A stretch of 64,000 bases of DNA from Hyphochytrium catenoides. Taxonomy: Eukaryota > Protista > Hyphochytriomycota. Shown in pieces: positions 1-15,000 of this stretch (positions are counted from its first letter, which is position 1; each line of letters opens with the position of its first letter). The position numbers and the translations under genes are program-made. The DNA lies in contig FLMG01001670.1 of the NCBI GenBank assembly GCA_900088475.1, positions 89,849-153,848 on the forward strand, written 5' to 3'. A model generated the notes under the pieces. It had not been told where the DNA came from. It saw only the letters and a program-made list of their open reading frames with translations, and did not search any database.

Positions 1-3000
1 AGCTATAAGCACTGCTTTTGTCACCCACTCGAGAAGCCAGAAGATCTATCCGGAAAATCCCAGGAGCGTCCACTCGCAGCTCTCCCTCTTTGCCATCTTC
101 CAAAAACTGGCTGCTGGAGGCTAAGCTGCTCCCATGAAGGGTAAGAAGGGCTTGAGGCTAAAAGTAGACTGTCAGTATCCAGAAACAACCCTCGATTACG
201 GCCAAGAGCTTCATTATAGAACTTGTGGGACAGCCAACCAAGAGGATCCTTTCCTTGCTACCTTCAACGGAAGAACTGATCTTTATCCTCCCTTACCTGC
301 TGAGGACCGAGCGGCTCATCTCCCATTTCCTCGGACACGTTTAGGGCGAAACGAAGAAGAGCGGAAAGCAGAAGACCTTCAAGGTTGAAGTCTAAAGGCA
401 GAACCTCGATGGATAAGGTTCGAATGAAATCAAGTCCTAGAGGCGCAACCGGAGCACACGGATAGAGGGAGTTAGTGCATGGTCTAAGAAGTACTGTGAT
501 CAAGGGCCACGGGGCTAACGGGGGACAATAAGGTAAAGACACGACACATACCTTCATAACCATAGTCGTTGCGGCGCACCATATCCAGCTTCAAAAAGGG
601 CTGCTTCTGAGATTCTCTTTCAGCATAATTGGGATGTTTGAGACCTATTGATCATGGTGTTAGGATGGAGTCTAACAGGTTTTGGATCATATGGAATAGC
701 GAAGTCAGGTTTAAAATAAAACAAGAGACCAGGAAGAACTTGTCCACATACGATTCTTTGGCACGCTTCCAGCTCTACGAAGAAGAACGGGGAACGTGGC
801 ACTATAGAGCTGGTTATCAATTTGGAGATCCCCCAGTAAAAGACGATACTTCTCTGCCGGCCTTGCAGATGCGACCTACACAATTGAAAAAAAAAGCAGG
901 CGTTATCATGTGGCTTGACTCAGACATTCCGACATGATCTCCCAACCCAGCGTCGAAGTACAAAGGGGATAGACGGAATAGTGATCTTTTCAGCGTCTTA
1001 CTGGTTTCACTTGTACGAGCTCCAATGAGATGTCCAGTATTGAGGCGTAGAGCAGCTCCTGAGGTGCTCGATTCAAGAGCGACACACCGAGCCCCGCAAA
1101 GTTCAGTTTCTGTCCGACGACAAGAAAGGTAGCAAGTGTTATGTTAGCACATCACTGTAATGAACAGTTGGAAGGTTATTTATCGACCGAGGCCATTGAT
1201 GATAAAGAGAAGGCCAAGACAAAACAAGGCAGACGAAATTTGGATGACTAGACATGAGAAGGCATCCCGACCAGGTTGAGGCTGGAAGGATGGTTTGGCA
1301 TAATTTCTCGATTATCGGAGTCATCACGGCCATCCTGTGCCTCAGTGAGACGCGAATCTACTAGACGCAGTACGCGTGTTGGACCCACAGCCACTAGCTC
1401 TACATCGGAAATAGCCGAACATTAGTTAGCAGGACGTGACGATGGATGGCCCTATTATCTGATCTGATCTGCAAAGGATGAGGCCAAAGACTAGCAACTT
1501 TGGAGGGATGATCAAATAGGTTAAATCCTAGAAGTGCAACACATGCGAGAATCACGTGGACAAATTTTGAGTACGCACCACACTTCAGTTTCCCACTGAG
1601 TGCATTCGGGAACCTTCTGATCCTATCAAGGGTGAAACTACCGACCTCCACCGGTCGTTCTCCTTCATGGGCGGAGCATACAAGTAGCACCTGTTCAGCG
1701 GTCGGCTCATCCCAGGCATATGTACAGGAATGGTATGGCAACAAGGTCTGCATGCGGTGAGGTTTAGTTTCGGGGAGCTGAGGCCCCTTTGTTTTTCATT
1801 GTTGAGTGTTGTAAGGACTCCCACAACCCTTACCTCGTAGATCGCCACCCCTTTTTGATTTATCCGAAGAGTTTCCAAAGAGCAATTCTCCACTCGATAA
1901 GGGGGAACTTTTGGGTTTTCAGGTCGGAAGACAACGAACATAGTGTTCTCTTCTAGCGTTATGTCCACCTGAAGAGAAATTGACAAGAGAAGAACGGATT
2001 AGGCGAAGACGTAGCAGACTTTGAGTGAGAGTGCAAAGGTTGTATATTGAAATAAGGATTGGTACAATGGTTGGGGCTCTGAGAAGTGTTCATAGCTTCA
2101 GCTATGCAGTAGTGGGCTTGATCGCAGGTGACAAAAGTGCAAAAGAGCGGCCTTACTTGAAGGATATAGACTTGACTAGAGTCGGTGTTACGTAGTTTGA
2201 GGAAGAATTCACCAGGTTGATTGATTGGAAAAGCTCCGCTCCACGTCCAGCCGTACGTTGTAAAGCGAACCTTCGTACGATTAGTTAGACCACCACCATT
2301 GCAAAGGGATCGGCTGCTAAATAAAGGCATTCTGCTGAATGCAAGTGCTTTAGTTGAGGCCCACCTGCAATAGTCGTGATCTGCCCAGATGGGGCCAATG
2401 GAAGGGACTGGCGGTGTCTGGCTTTAGAGTCAATGTCGGTTCCATTGCTTTACTCGGGCCTATAACGCAAACCACCATGCCACCAGCGAGAGAACGTGCG
2501 CATGAACACAACAGTGAGAGAAAGCAACGGGCATCATCCAAGTACACGAGGACAACTGGCTTCTAAGAAGCGAAAATAGCTTAGCAGAAAATGAAACACG
2601 AGAGAGCCATCCTATACGGACAGGCTGTCCGTAAGCAGATAGTGCCAGGACAATGAAGAAACTGCAGTCATGGGAGAACCGAGCCTGGTACCCCTAGAGC
2701 ACCTGTGGGAACGTGTTGTCTGATCTCTAGTAGGTTGCCTCCTTCTAACCCGTTCACTAACATAAACCAAGGCTTCAAGGTGACCACTTTTGTCCGCTGG
2801 AAAGGGGCTGGCGCTACCGAAACCGCCACAGACAATACGTATATTGGCCCGCTAGAGGATCCGGGGTTCTGGGAAATTATGAAGTAGAAGGAGGGGAATT
2901 GAACGGTCAAGGAATGTAGGGAGCGTCACCATCCATTCTTGTGCATGCTTCTTAAGACTAGGATCTGGGTTTTCCTGTCGAAGCCAGGTGGCTACTTACG

Positions 3001-6000
3001 CCTCAGGCTTCGTTTTCACATCTCTTTATTACTTTCCTGTTCGACCTTCTTCGTACCTTTTTGACCTCCACAACAGCGGATCTGGCAACCGAGTCAATCT
3101 CCACCGGGTCAGACCAGGGTCCTAACTCAAAAGCGGGAGGGGCCTTTTTATTCTGCAATTTAGCTCTGGAAGACCCCTCAGCGCCCTTCATGAGTCTCAT
3201 CTTGATCTTTCCTTTCTTCCTGCTTCTGTTCGTAAAGTCCACAAGAATGGGATCGCACTCCAAGGATGAAGGGTCTGAAAAGACGGTTTAGGGAGCCCAC
3301 GGCACAAAGGAGAAGACAAACGAGCAAAACTCTGGTGAACATGGTCTGTCGCTAAAACTATACTAATGCTTTCGCTATCCCGTGGCATCCGGCTCTGTTC
3401 AACAGCGGATGCGTTCGCTACAGTATAGCGCTACCTAATGGGTCATTCCTTTCTGCCCTCCGCCACAACTATACCCCTATGGAGTAATACCTGTCGTAGC
3501 ATCCAACCGCTGGCGGTTTGCGAGCTCTGACAAACCCATCACAGGTGGGATGGGAGGAATAATATACCGCTTAGTGTTCGACTGTGTTGAGTAGTGACAA
3601 CGGTAGACTCAGTTGCGGTTATCAAAAAAGAATCAGGGTACCAGAAGTTAGTGATGGCCTTCAAGAGGCAATACTTTATAGGGCGAGGGAGACGTAGCTG
3701 AATATATAGTCATCAACCGCAACAAGCGGAATACACCTGTCACCGCAAGAAAACGATGTTAAGACCTTAACGCACGTACCTTCGAAGAAACTGGCTTAGT
3801 ACTCTGTTTCAACTTCTCATACAAAGCTTGTTGACCTGCGATTACGCTACAGCATCCATCGTTACAGGGCGAAGTTGATGGTCCAAAGAGAGGATGGTCG
3901 AGGTTTGGAGAAGCAACCTACCTCTCTCCCTTGCTAGCTTTTTCGATCAGGGCCGAGTCATGTCCAAGCTGCAAAGGTAGAGCTGATGCATTCACCACCC
4001 AATAGGGGGTGAACAGGGCAAGGACGCGAGTGCCACCTGGCAGAACTTCTAGCATACCAGACACAGTTAAAAAAAGGGCCATGTCGTCCAAGAGTGAAAT
4101 AGATATTGCGGTGGACTCTGGGATGATCGGGAGACGATCACTAGGGTAATTCCTCTTGTGCTGGCAGCGAGGGATCAGGACGGGCTTACTCCATCCTGGT
4201 AATAAAGACACAGGTGCTTAATGGTAACTTCCCCCAAACTCTGACCATGCCGTCATAGAAAGGAACAAGTAAATACAATGCGTACGGCGCACCCGGTCTC
4301 CAGGGCCAGAAGCCGCGAGACACAGACTTTGGATCAGGCAAGGTACAATAGAGTAATAACGGAGAGCCGAGGTGCTAACAGCGTATGGACAATAGAGGAT
4401 GCAAGTCAAAATTTTGAGCAATTGTAGGACATTTCGGATAAGCAAACGCAACAGTTCCTTCCATACCAAAGCCTGGTAGCCGTATGGCTAGAAGAAGGTG
4501 TTCCAGCCAACCAGAACGGTGCCACAGCAAACTTTCACCTCTGTCAAGGTCTCCTCCAAGTGCTGTGGCATTGGACCCACCAACAATACTATTGCTACGG
4601 GCTCGGCGACCGGTGAATGAGAGCGCGTCCTGGACAAATAGCCATTGGATTAGTCATAACATAAGGCAGCTGTGTAGAGTTCGGCAGATCCAAAAGGACC
4701 ACCCCAGATAGAGATTCGTCAAATGATACGCGCTAAGAGGACGGCGCATATATTAGATAATGGACTTCAATGATATTAGTTTCCGTAAGAGCGAAGAGCG
4801 ATCTTACCTCAGATGTACCCATTTCCTCAATCTCTTCCTCACCAGCCTTGGTAGCCCTTTCCGCAGAGGTGGATGGGAATGGACCCGTTCCACCCTCTGT
4901 CAACCCCATATCCGATACGTCTCCTGCAGTCTGCAGGGACAAGAATGAAGGAGCTGATTGAAGCGGACGAGAGGGAGAGGCAGGGAAAAACGCCTTCCTT
5001 CTAACAACTCTCAAGCGATACTCCATAGGGCAGGAGAGGAGGTTGGTAATGATCAGCGGTGGGTGAAAGGATAGTAGCTGGAGAGGCCCAGTCATCCGCT
5101 GAAGAGAGAGGAGGTTAGTGCTGATTGTGATAAGATTACTCCGCGGATACTTTTTGAAGAGGAATGGGGAGACTAGCAACACGAAGGAGTATGGACACTT
5201 TCTTGGCATCAACTAGAGGGAAGCTTTTTGCCCACCTCACTTGCTGGCCCTCCAGAAAAGGCAAATGCTGCAGAAACTCCATGGTCCTGGCTCCCATTCT
5301 TGATGTCGCCTGCTAGTAGCTTCAAAGATTCGGATCCTCGAGATAGCTGCACACTGCAGGTGAAGTCTGGAACTGGACGGGAGGAGATAAAGGCGCCAAA
5401 TGTCATAATTCTTGTTTGCTTTTTTCTTGATCCTCCCAGTCCGTCTTCGCTTGGCACGAAAGAAAGTGGCACCTGACGTCGACTGTATTGAGGTGGAGGA
5501 GCTTGATCCAAAACCCTACCACCAGTAAAAGTCAAGGAACCGCCATGGTTAGAGAAGTGAAGAGGATAGAAGGAAGACAGTGCACGGCCACTTAGTGGGC
5601 AGCAGGACACTGCTTCCCGACAATGCAAATCGTAGCACGGTCTCAGAAGGTGCAAGCTCTGGAGTCACTGACACCTGATAATCTCTCACGTTCGCTCAGG
5701 TATCACTACCATTCCTGTGGTGCCTTACTCAACCCATTGACATGTAATTTTTTCGCCACAATTCATATATCCCTTTGTCCATACCTCAAACCCCAGATTG
5801 AAGATCTCTTCAACACTCAAGCCTCCTCATCTCGCCTATCCTCCTTACTCTGATCTTACCTTTCAAGCTTCGGCTGAATGAAGATGTCAAGCGGAATGGC
5901 AGTAAGATGAATAGGTATAGGACAAACTTGCTTTCTGCCTAGCGTGGTGCTCCATACGGTCCGCGAAATGGTATTACCCGGTCCTGTGGCAAGTGTGAGC

Positions 6001-9000
6001 ATTTAGTACTTATGACAGGGCAGAGTGGATAATAGGCGCAGCTAATGTAGATCCTGAACAGGTTGGAAAGGAAGCAGATAATCAACCCTAACTCGCGAAG
6101 AAAAGAGCACTGAAGACATTGGTGAGAGAGAGCCAGGGCCACAATAGCGAGGACGCAAGACCAGCAATTGAGGAAGCCCTCTCCCATAAATTTCATGCCC
6201 AAAGTGAGATCGCCATCGGCACTTACCCGGCAAAGACGGCAGGGCGAATTCTATCGACAGCGGTAGCTCGGTTAGGTTCTGCAACATCTAAAGGGACAGC
6301 GGTCCGCTTAATTAGTGCAGCCCTTCAGTGTCTCTGGTAGGACAATTATGCTGTCTGGGCTTAACCCTTTCTATTTCCGCCTTCTCTTCCTGACACTATG
6401 GTACGGCACCATGTCTAGCCAGTCCTTACGCTCAGATCCCCGACTGCGCCCCTCCTAAGCTTCATCTGGGGACCTTACGTACCTGAAGTGATCGGACGAG
6501 CACGACCTTGCAGCCATGGCGCACCTCAACGTCTACAATGCAAGAGGCGGTTGGGACAGAAAGTCCCTCTATTATCTTGGGGTCCTCGGTAACCAAAGCG
6601 TACGATTTGCTCCTCACGACGTCCACGGGAATATTAGATATGGGCTTCCATCTAGACAGTTACAAGAGGCACGAGAGGAATAAGGACCTTAGGTATAAGG
6701 CGATACGGGTTTGTATCACAAATACCAAACAATTCACAAGTTAGATTTTGATACTAGCGTCCTTCAGCCTGGCGTCGAGAAAGGCGTGAAGCCGTGCCAG
6801 CTAGCGCATCCTATACCTTTTCTCCCCAAATCTCTCGATAGAGATTGATATAGTAGGAATTGTCCCATCAACTGAAGGCAAGGCACCTGAAGCCGTACGC
6901 TTCACAAGTGATCCGGCTCGGGCGGGTGCTCCACGGCCACCGTATAGCCGAACATCCAATGGAACCTTTTCGCCTGGTTCCACTTCCCTTACGACTGGGA
7001 TGGAGAAACGGTAAGGGACATCGAGCAACAAGCAATAATTAGAAAGGGGTAAGTATATAGAGACCCTTGATGGACTAGAGCTTTAAAAGGCTACAGTTCT
7101 CAGACCGGACCTCACCTCTATCTGTCCCCCAATACCACAACTTCACTCCCGTCAGATTTTCCACCCAATAGAGGGAGAAGGTTGACTGGTTCCGATCTTC
7201 ACTTCTCGTCTTTTGGGATGCAGACCATTGCCAGGCTCGCCGGGCACTCGCCAGAGTCTCCAGTAGTGCCTCACTGATGTTTAGGTTGAGTATGGTCTCG
7301 GAGGAAATCAGTAGAGAGGCGCCACTAGTGGGAAGTTCTCCTTGTGCATTAACCTGAAAATTGCAGCAAGAAAATAAGAGCACTGCTGGTATGTTCCATA
7401 GCTCTTTATATCGCCATGGGATTCTGCTTTAAAGAGGTAACACCGATCTTTTTCAAGGTATATATACGTGTGGGCTCTCTCTTCATCTGAAAAAGGTTGC
7501 GTGTGATATGGCTAGCGTTAAATTCTTACCGCGATCGGCTCCTCCATTCCTGGCCTAGCCAAGTCTGATACCTCCTCTCGTACCACATGGTACACTACAG
7601 TGCAGCACCAAGGCTCTATCAGGGGTTCCCAAGCGACCAATCTGAGACTATAGTAGTTCATTTGACACGAGAGGGACATTGTCAGCCTGGTCTGTATAGG
7701 TCCTTCTCCCTCACTTAAAAGGCCCTTGCCGTGAGGGTGGTCTTCCATCTCGATGTCTATAGGAGATATGTCCAAGTCAAGGACAGGCAAATCCTGGCCA
7801 TACAGGTCATTAATCAGGAGTACTCTAACACCCTCAACGGAGAGGGTGGCTTCCACTATTCCTCTCAAATCCCTTCTCCGTATGACAGTGTTTTCGGGAA
7901 CTCGTCGTCCAGGCTGAAGGTAGGAGGACGCTTCTGTCTCTTCTTTCTCCTTGACAGCCAGCAAAGGCCAGCCTTCTTTGCCCCTAAGCCTGGTGTTTTT
8001 GTTCGTTTGCTTGTTCATTCTTGCTACTTCCGCGGCTTCTATTCCGCTAAACATCCGCTGGAGATTTTCCATAATCTTTTCCATCATCGGAAGGTCTTGG
8101 AAGGCTATTCTGGACTCCAAATCCCCCAGCCGCCCTTCTACTTTCTGTTTCCATCCTGCGGTAGTTATCTGCTTTCCTTCTTCTGCCATGAAAGCGACTG
8201 ATGTGACAGAAAATGTGAGAGATGCGGGTCGAATTATTTGCCACATTGTCCCCTCACTCCTTTTCTGTCCTGGAGGGTCTAAAGGAAGTGAAGAAGATGG
8301 TCGCAGCGGCGGCCTCTGAACTCCCCTCGCGCTTTTGCCCGCATCGAGATGAGGGAAAAAAGAAATTCCCTGTCTGATCTCTGGAACACTAGAGAGTCTT
8401 AGGGTTTTGGGGGGCTCTTGAAGGGGAGAAGAGATTCTCGAAAAGGAAGGAGAGCCGCTTGCTTGTCTCCTAGTGGATTCTCCCGCCGAAGGTTCGAACA
8501 AGGGTGTCTGGGGCCTCAGCACTGGAGTAGATTGGCTCTCCTTGTATACAGCAGGGGAAGACATGAAGAAGGACGAGGAGCCGGGGGAGGTTCTGCCTAC
8601 AAACGCCTCTAAGCGAGAGCAAGAGATGGTGGAAGTCTGTACCACGGCTTCGCGAAGACAACCTATATGCATACAGTTCGTTACGAGCAAGCAAAAGTGC
8701 TGACGGAATATAGTAGCAGCAAAATGATGCTAAGAGAACGGCTGGACAGAGGCATATAGATCTTTACGCACGTTAAACCAGAGCGTGGTCGAGCCCAGAC
8801 CTTCGTGAAAACACAGCAATAAAGCTGTATATTGCCACCGCTTACTGTACCTTTCACATCTTCCTCACAAGGTTGTTGAACTTCAGCGGTTTTACGTATG
8901 TGAGAACTATGCAGACGAGCTGCCGGGTTGGATTTGGTTTGGATCAAGTTGATATCAGTGACTCTCGTTTCAAGCCCGAGATCTGCCCTTAGTACCAAAG

Positions 9001-12000
9001 CGTGACAATACTCCTGAAGTGTCATACGTTGTATCAGGAATTACTAGCGCGTGGTCTGATATTCAACCGTGACACTAAGGACTTAGCTAGCTAGACCTAC
9101 TAACCTTGTTTGGATCCTCAAGCAGCCACAGCTCTAGACTTTCTAAAGACGCTCTGATTGTCAAAGGGCTCTCCCGAGGCTCTTTCCGCATTTCCCCTTC
9201 GCTGCTCCGCGGGGATATCTGCTTCTCTTGTTTAGGAGTAGTTAGTGTGTTGCTCCCTTCCAACCCTTCGTTCGCATCGCTGTCTTCGAGAATGGAACAC
9301 TTTCCGATGGCTTCAAGCAAGATTTGCGAGGGGCCTTCTACATTCGTCGGGCCACTTTTGTACCTGCCGTCCGAGGGGCCTCCCTCGACTGTTGGTTCTT
9401 GGAAATGGGATTTTGTTACCTTTCTTGCATGCTTAAGCTCTTCCAGCGCCGTTTCCCCGTAAGAGGCTATGGAGGCGTAGGTCTGTATGACAAAATCCGG
9501 GATAAGAAGACATCGCCAAGGGCCTAATTTCATCTCCAGAGAGTGTGATCGCGAGTCTTGGAACTCAAACCCTTGCAAGTGTTCTTCTCTGCGATACACA
9601 CTTATCGGGGTCTCCTCATAACTGATCATCAGCTGCCGCCAGGGTAGCGAGATTAGCAGTAGGAGGTTGGAGTTTAAAGAAGGGAACGATTGGACAAGAT
9701 AATTGAGATGACCTTATCGAAGGGCTATACTAGGACAATTGTACAGAACCAATGACAGGGCAAAAGCTCGTAACACGGTTCTGCCAAAGAAGCTGACGCT
9801 TTTCAAAGCAACCAATGGAGAAACTGGCCCTGTCGGCAATGCAGCTCTTACCTGCGGGTGTTTACGAACCAGATCATAATAGGTACTTGCACTGGTCTTT
9901 CGGCTAGTTCGTCTGTCTAAGGGGGACACTCCGGCGATCGACAGAGCTTCCGTTGATTTCCGCGCTGTGGCTAAAGGAGGGCCCAAAACCTGCGTATACC
10001 GGCCCTGGTCACACAGCAAGCGTATTTAGAATGGTGAAGGTGGGCAGAGATCGCAGTTCTAAGCATCATGGCATAAATTAAGGTACAATTACGAGATGAC
10101 AAGGACCAGACGAGTGAAGAATGCACATACAGTCCTCTCTTCGTTAAGGTCGTGCAGAGCAATTCCACCGAGCATGACGCTTAGCCTCCTTAATATTCGC
10201 TGCTCTTCGTCCTGGCCAGCGATAGCCCCATTAAACTCCACCCAGGTCACAGCCAAGAGGGATATGGGTAGTATCGCAAATGAATCTTTTGTAGGGATCT
10301 TCATCAGTCCATCTTCGTCGCCGGGTGACTGTTTTATACCCATATTTGGCGGAGTCTGAGGTTTGCCCTGCTCCTTATTGTGGAAGACCGCTGAAGGGGG
10401 AATGCGAAAGGGGTCCTTCACCCTGGAGTCGTCAAAGCGGAGGTCTGAACCTGTCAATCTCAATTCTCTGGGGGTGGCTAAGCCTGCAGGAAGTCGCGAC
10501 CTTGAAGTAGCCGAAGCAGGCCTGGGACTCAGCTTCAGCAGCTTGAGTGTAACCTCTTCCAGCTGCAGACAGAACCGAAGGCCAGTTCCCTTGCTGTCGT
10601 AGCTAACAGGAATTCCGTCGACGGCGCTGACTCCTTTCACAACATGTTGCTGAGGGCAGACAAACATCAGTCGTAATGATGGGATACGCTTATTTTGCTG
10701 CGGGGAGGCAAACTAGCAGAATGGGTTAGCGAAGGCTCTTCATTTTAATCACCTGCTGGCTGTCTCCAGTCGCCACTTCAATGACCTCCAACATGTGCAG
10801 AAACTGCAAGCTATAGACCCGCATAAGTAGGGAAATGTGCACCTCACTAAGTGACAGACGAACCTGATGGGATATGGGTGGCAAGTGGAAGTAAAAAATG
10901 AGAGTACATTAAAGAAAGCACCCTTTCACTCTGTCCTTTCTTGCAGAGTGTCCTAATACTTACTGCAGAGATTCTACCAGTAATGCAAAGACAGGGGTCG
11001 TCAGCTTGAACGTAAGGTAATGGCAGCCTTTCCGCAATTCTTGACGCTCCAGGGGGCGGTAAGCGGGCGGTAGGGAGTTGCGAAGCTGTTTTAAAGTGAG
11101 ATCCCTCGTTTGCTTCCTGACCTATCCCATCTACCATATATAAGGGGTCCCCTACTCCGGTCGACTTGGAGCTCCCCACGCCCTTGATTTGATCATTGAT
11201 TGGCTTCATCATCTGCAACCGCATATGGACGTCATCAATCAGCCGACCAAAATTTCCTACTGAGCAATTAAGGGCAATGATCTCCAGCAAGAGCTTCTCC
11301 GCAGCCCAGTGCTGGCGGGAAGTTTGCTCTATTTTATCCCATCCGAATATTCCGATCGAGCGCCGCAAAGATATTCTACCGAGGTCAACAACAAGAGACT
11401 CGTCTGGATCTGGAAGTGAGCCGTTTGGTAGGACTTCAACGGCGGGTAGCACAATCAATGGGTTGTGTATATCCACATTCACTCTAACGAAATCCGACGA
11501 GGAAGCCACAGGTGCGGAATAGACTACCCTTTCCTATTGTCATATCCAGGTAGGCAAGTACGGAGGTTCAAATAGAGAGGGATAGAAGAGCAAACGTGGT
11601 CAGAGACGTGAATCTCTATCTCAGTCTCTATTTCCCGAAATTTTGCAACCTGACTCTCGTGGAAGCTCATTCTCAACCAAACCGTACCACTCACGGTAAT
11701 TGTCTGCTTGCACTATGTTGCCCTTCTATTAAAATCATCCTTACCTGTCTATCGTCACTTTCTCCCTGACCCTGGGGCCCGGAGCTTTTTAGATACCACG
11801 TGTAACAATCACCTTGTGTAAACCAGAGGTAGAGAGTCAGCAACGGGTCCGAAGAGGCCAGGCACTTGACCGAACTCAGTTTAAGCGAGACGGTACGATG
11901 AGCCGGGAGATACCCAACGTCGTCTATGTCTCTTGGGTCCACGTCTTGCTTTATGTTTATTTTGTCCTCCTTTCTGCGGCTGGGTTCATCCTTAGCCTCC

Positions 12001-15000
12001 TCCGTTTTAACGCAGATGGAGAGCTCCAACAGATTGTCTAGTGACCCCTCCTTCAAGCCAAATATCTCCTTTCCTTCCCTGGTGGTCCCTCGTCTCCACT
12101 CCTCCTCGTTTCCTCCCGAGCTCTTGAGGTACTCATCGAATGGTAATCCTCCATGAGACCCACGTTTGGGAAGTACCGAGATCCAACGAACCTGGCCAGT
12201 CAATGTCATCATGCTGTTCTAGTAGGTCTAGATAGAGAAATAGTAGAAGCTCTGTCGGCTGCACATTATCAGATTGGGTGACACGGGCCGCATAAACGCC
12301 GCGGTTTAGGCGATAAGATAGTTAGGCTCAGGAAGAAGGGCGAAGCATTGCATACCGACAAGTTGCCCAGTCTCCCTCCAATTTCCATGTTGTAACCATC
12401 GTTCTTGAGTCTAACTGAGCTTTTAACAACCGAGATGGTGGCAATGCTTTTGTTATGAGACGAGAGGGTTATGTTCATCCGCTTCAGACCAAAAGTCGCC
12501 TGCACAACAGCCTAACGAAGAAATAGTGTCAGACGATCCCCAACAGAGGCCAGGTGTAACATAAAAGTTGACGCTGAGGAGGTGGAAATCACACCGCAAG
12601 CTACAGAAGATAATATCTTGAACTGGAGGAGGGCACAGATAGAGTGCTAGGACACATCTTCTTGAGTAGAAGGAGGGCCAAATAAAGAGTGCCAAGAAAG
12701 TCTATTCTAGGCTAGAGTGCCATGAACAATCGTTTTTAGGTGAAGGTGGGGAAGGGCGCAGATAAAGAGTGCTAGGGAGAATATCTGCTATTACGAGGGC
12801 ATTTGACAAATTTTGGCAGACAGCCGCATCGCAAACTCTCAGGTTATGGACAAAATGAGGATTCAATACCGTAGCCCACTACTTGAAACAGAGCACGCAG
12901 GCGAGTAAGGGAAATAGGTGGTTCGGACTGAGCGAACTGTGCAAATCACCCGGTGTCTGTCACTTACCCTCACTTTCGTCTCTGTTGGTGCCCCTCTTTT
13001 CTGAATTGTATTCCACTGCTCAAGCGAGGAAGCCATAGCTCTCTCTAGGTCTGCTTGTACTGAGGGTGTTAGCTGGGCTTCGAATGAGGCGGGCAGTGTT
13101 TTGACGCGAGGCAAAGGGCCGTCATGACGTTCCGGATCGTCTTCTACTTCCTCGGAAGTATTGTCGAGAGGCTCAGATGATGATGTCCCCGGCCAGGTGG
13201 AAGGAATGAAAAATACTTCAGCGACCGACATAAGAGTATGTTGGTCCAGCCAGAGATCCACGGGGTTAATCATGAAATTGACCTGTAGCAAACAGTAGGG
13301 ATCAGCCTCGCCAGTACGCATTTAAAGCCCTGAAAGGAGAGAGAAGTATTGCAAATTGGAGTATAGTAAGAAGAGCTCGTTGAAGCTTACTAGATCCCCA
13401 AATGGTATCAGAAATTGAAGTCTCCACTAATCTCGTACCTTTGCCCCCACTCCTTGGTATTCGCTCATGACCTCGGGCGCTCTGCTCTCATATACAAAGC
13501 GGATAACGTCATCAGACTGCTTGCCCCTCACACCTCTCTGCGGGCTGAGCGCAAAAGATGCTATGGTAAAAAGCAGTGAGTGATGTTTGCTGAAGACATA
13601 CCCTTCGGGCTCCATTACTCAGTAATGATCTTCTTTTCAAAATTTCTGCTGGCCCTCTTCTCTATCATGGGACTTAAACACTTGGTACTTTACCTTGATC
13701 TCCCTGCCTCGACTCGACCTCCCGCTCGGGGTTCTCTGACAGCGACATAGAGGAAGTAAAGGTTCGCAGTTGGGGACTTCGACGAGAACGTGGCGTTCGC
13801 TCTGGCTCGTATCCAGTGGTCGTACCTGACAGACAACGGTATGAATGATTGTAGGAAGGAGGTAGCCCAAATCTAAAGAGGTTTTAAAGTTCTTTCTTTT
13901 TCTCGCATTTAGGGCCGCGAAACTGTGGGCCAAAGACAACAACTATGTGATACTTCAGCTCTGACTTACTTTCGGACACCCCGGGCTGTAAAATAAATCT
14001 TGGTGTGCCATTGACTCCTGCATGAAGGCAATCCTCTACGTCCAGATGATGTACGGAGAAGGACACTGTTGGAAGGAAACACAACGAGATGAGAAGCTCA
14101 TTTGAAACTGGATCTATCAGACGAGACCATTTGCGCATGCCCGGTCTGAAGAAGCCCCTTTTTACTCGCCTTTGACCCTATACCCGTGAAACCTTACTGA
14201 GCCATACTCTTACCCTTTGAAGAAAGCGACCTTTCCACCTCCTTCAACCGAAGGTTGAAAAGCTGGATTACTAGGATCCTTCTCTCTGCGACGACTAGTT
14301 CTTGGTCGAGCACATCTGCCCTGCTTTCACGGCGACTTGTTCTGATATCTGGGTTACTTTGGCTCATATCTTTCCTGCTGTCTCTCCTGTCAGAGGTGCT
14401 GTCCCTTTTTTCTCTTCCTTGACCGAGAGACTTAGAAAGTTCAAGATCTAAAATGGCAAAGTTGGCCGACATGACCATCAACCGCCTATCAAGGGACTTT
14501 CGTAGGGTTAGTCTGAGGAAAGATTGCCATAAGTAGAAAAAAGGCCATGGCAACACTTGGTGGTGACCGAACTATTTAGATAACTCTGCCACGTGACAAA
14601 AAGAGAGGTGCTGGAAGGAGGGAGGGCCTAAGAAAGAGGAACGAACAGACGCGAGTCATAGGCCCACCTTAAGCCTCTTCTTGTTGAGTGTCTGACTGGG
14701 AGTCTGTTGAGGATGTCTTGCCGCTTCATTTAGTCCAAATTTAGGCTTTCCTGGATACCATCTTGCGTCCCAGCTCTGGTCCGGGTTGAAGGGAGGGGGG
14801 GAGGTAACGTCTCCTCCCCTTCTATCTACTTCCTGTAGCTCCAAAGACTGTTTCTTGTCCTCTTGTCCTTTGATCAGCGTAAGGAGCTTTTTCTTGGCCT
14901 CTTCTAGCCTAGCCAGCTCTAATTGATGAGTGGCTATTCCTGCCTCATAAATTGCAATCGCCTCTTCCTCAACCGCAATGGCCTCTCCCACGGCTGCAAT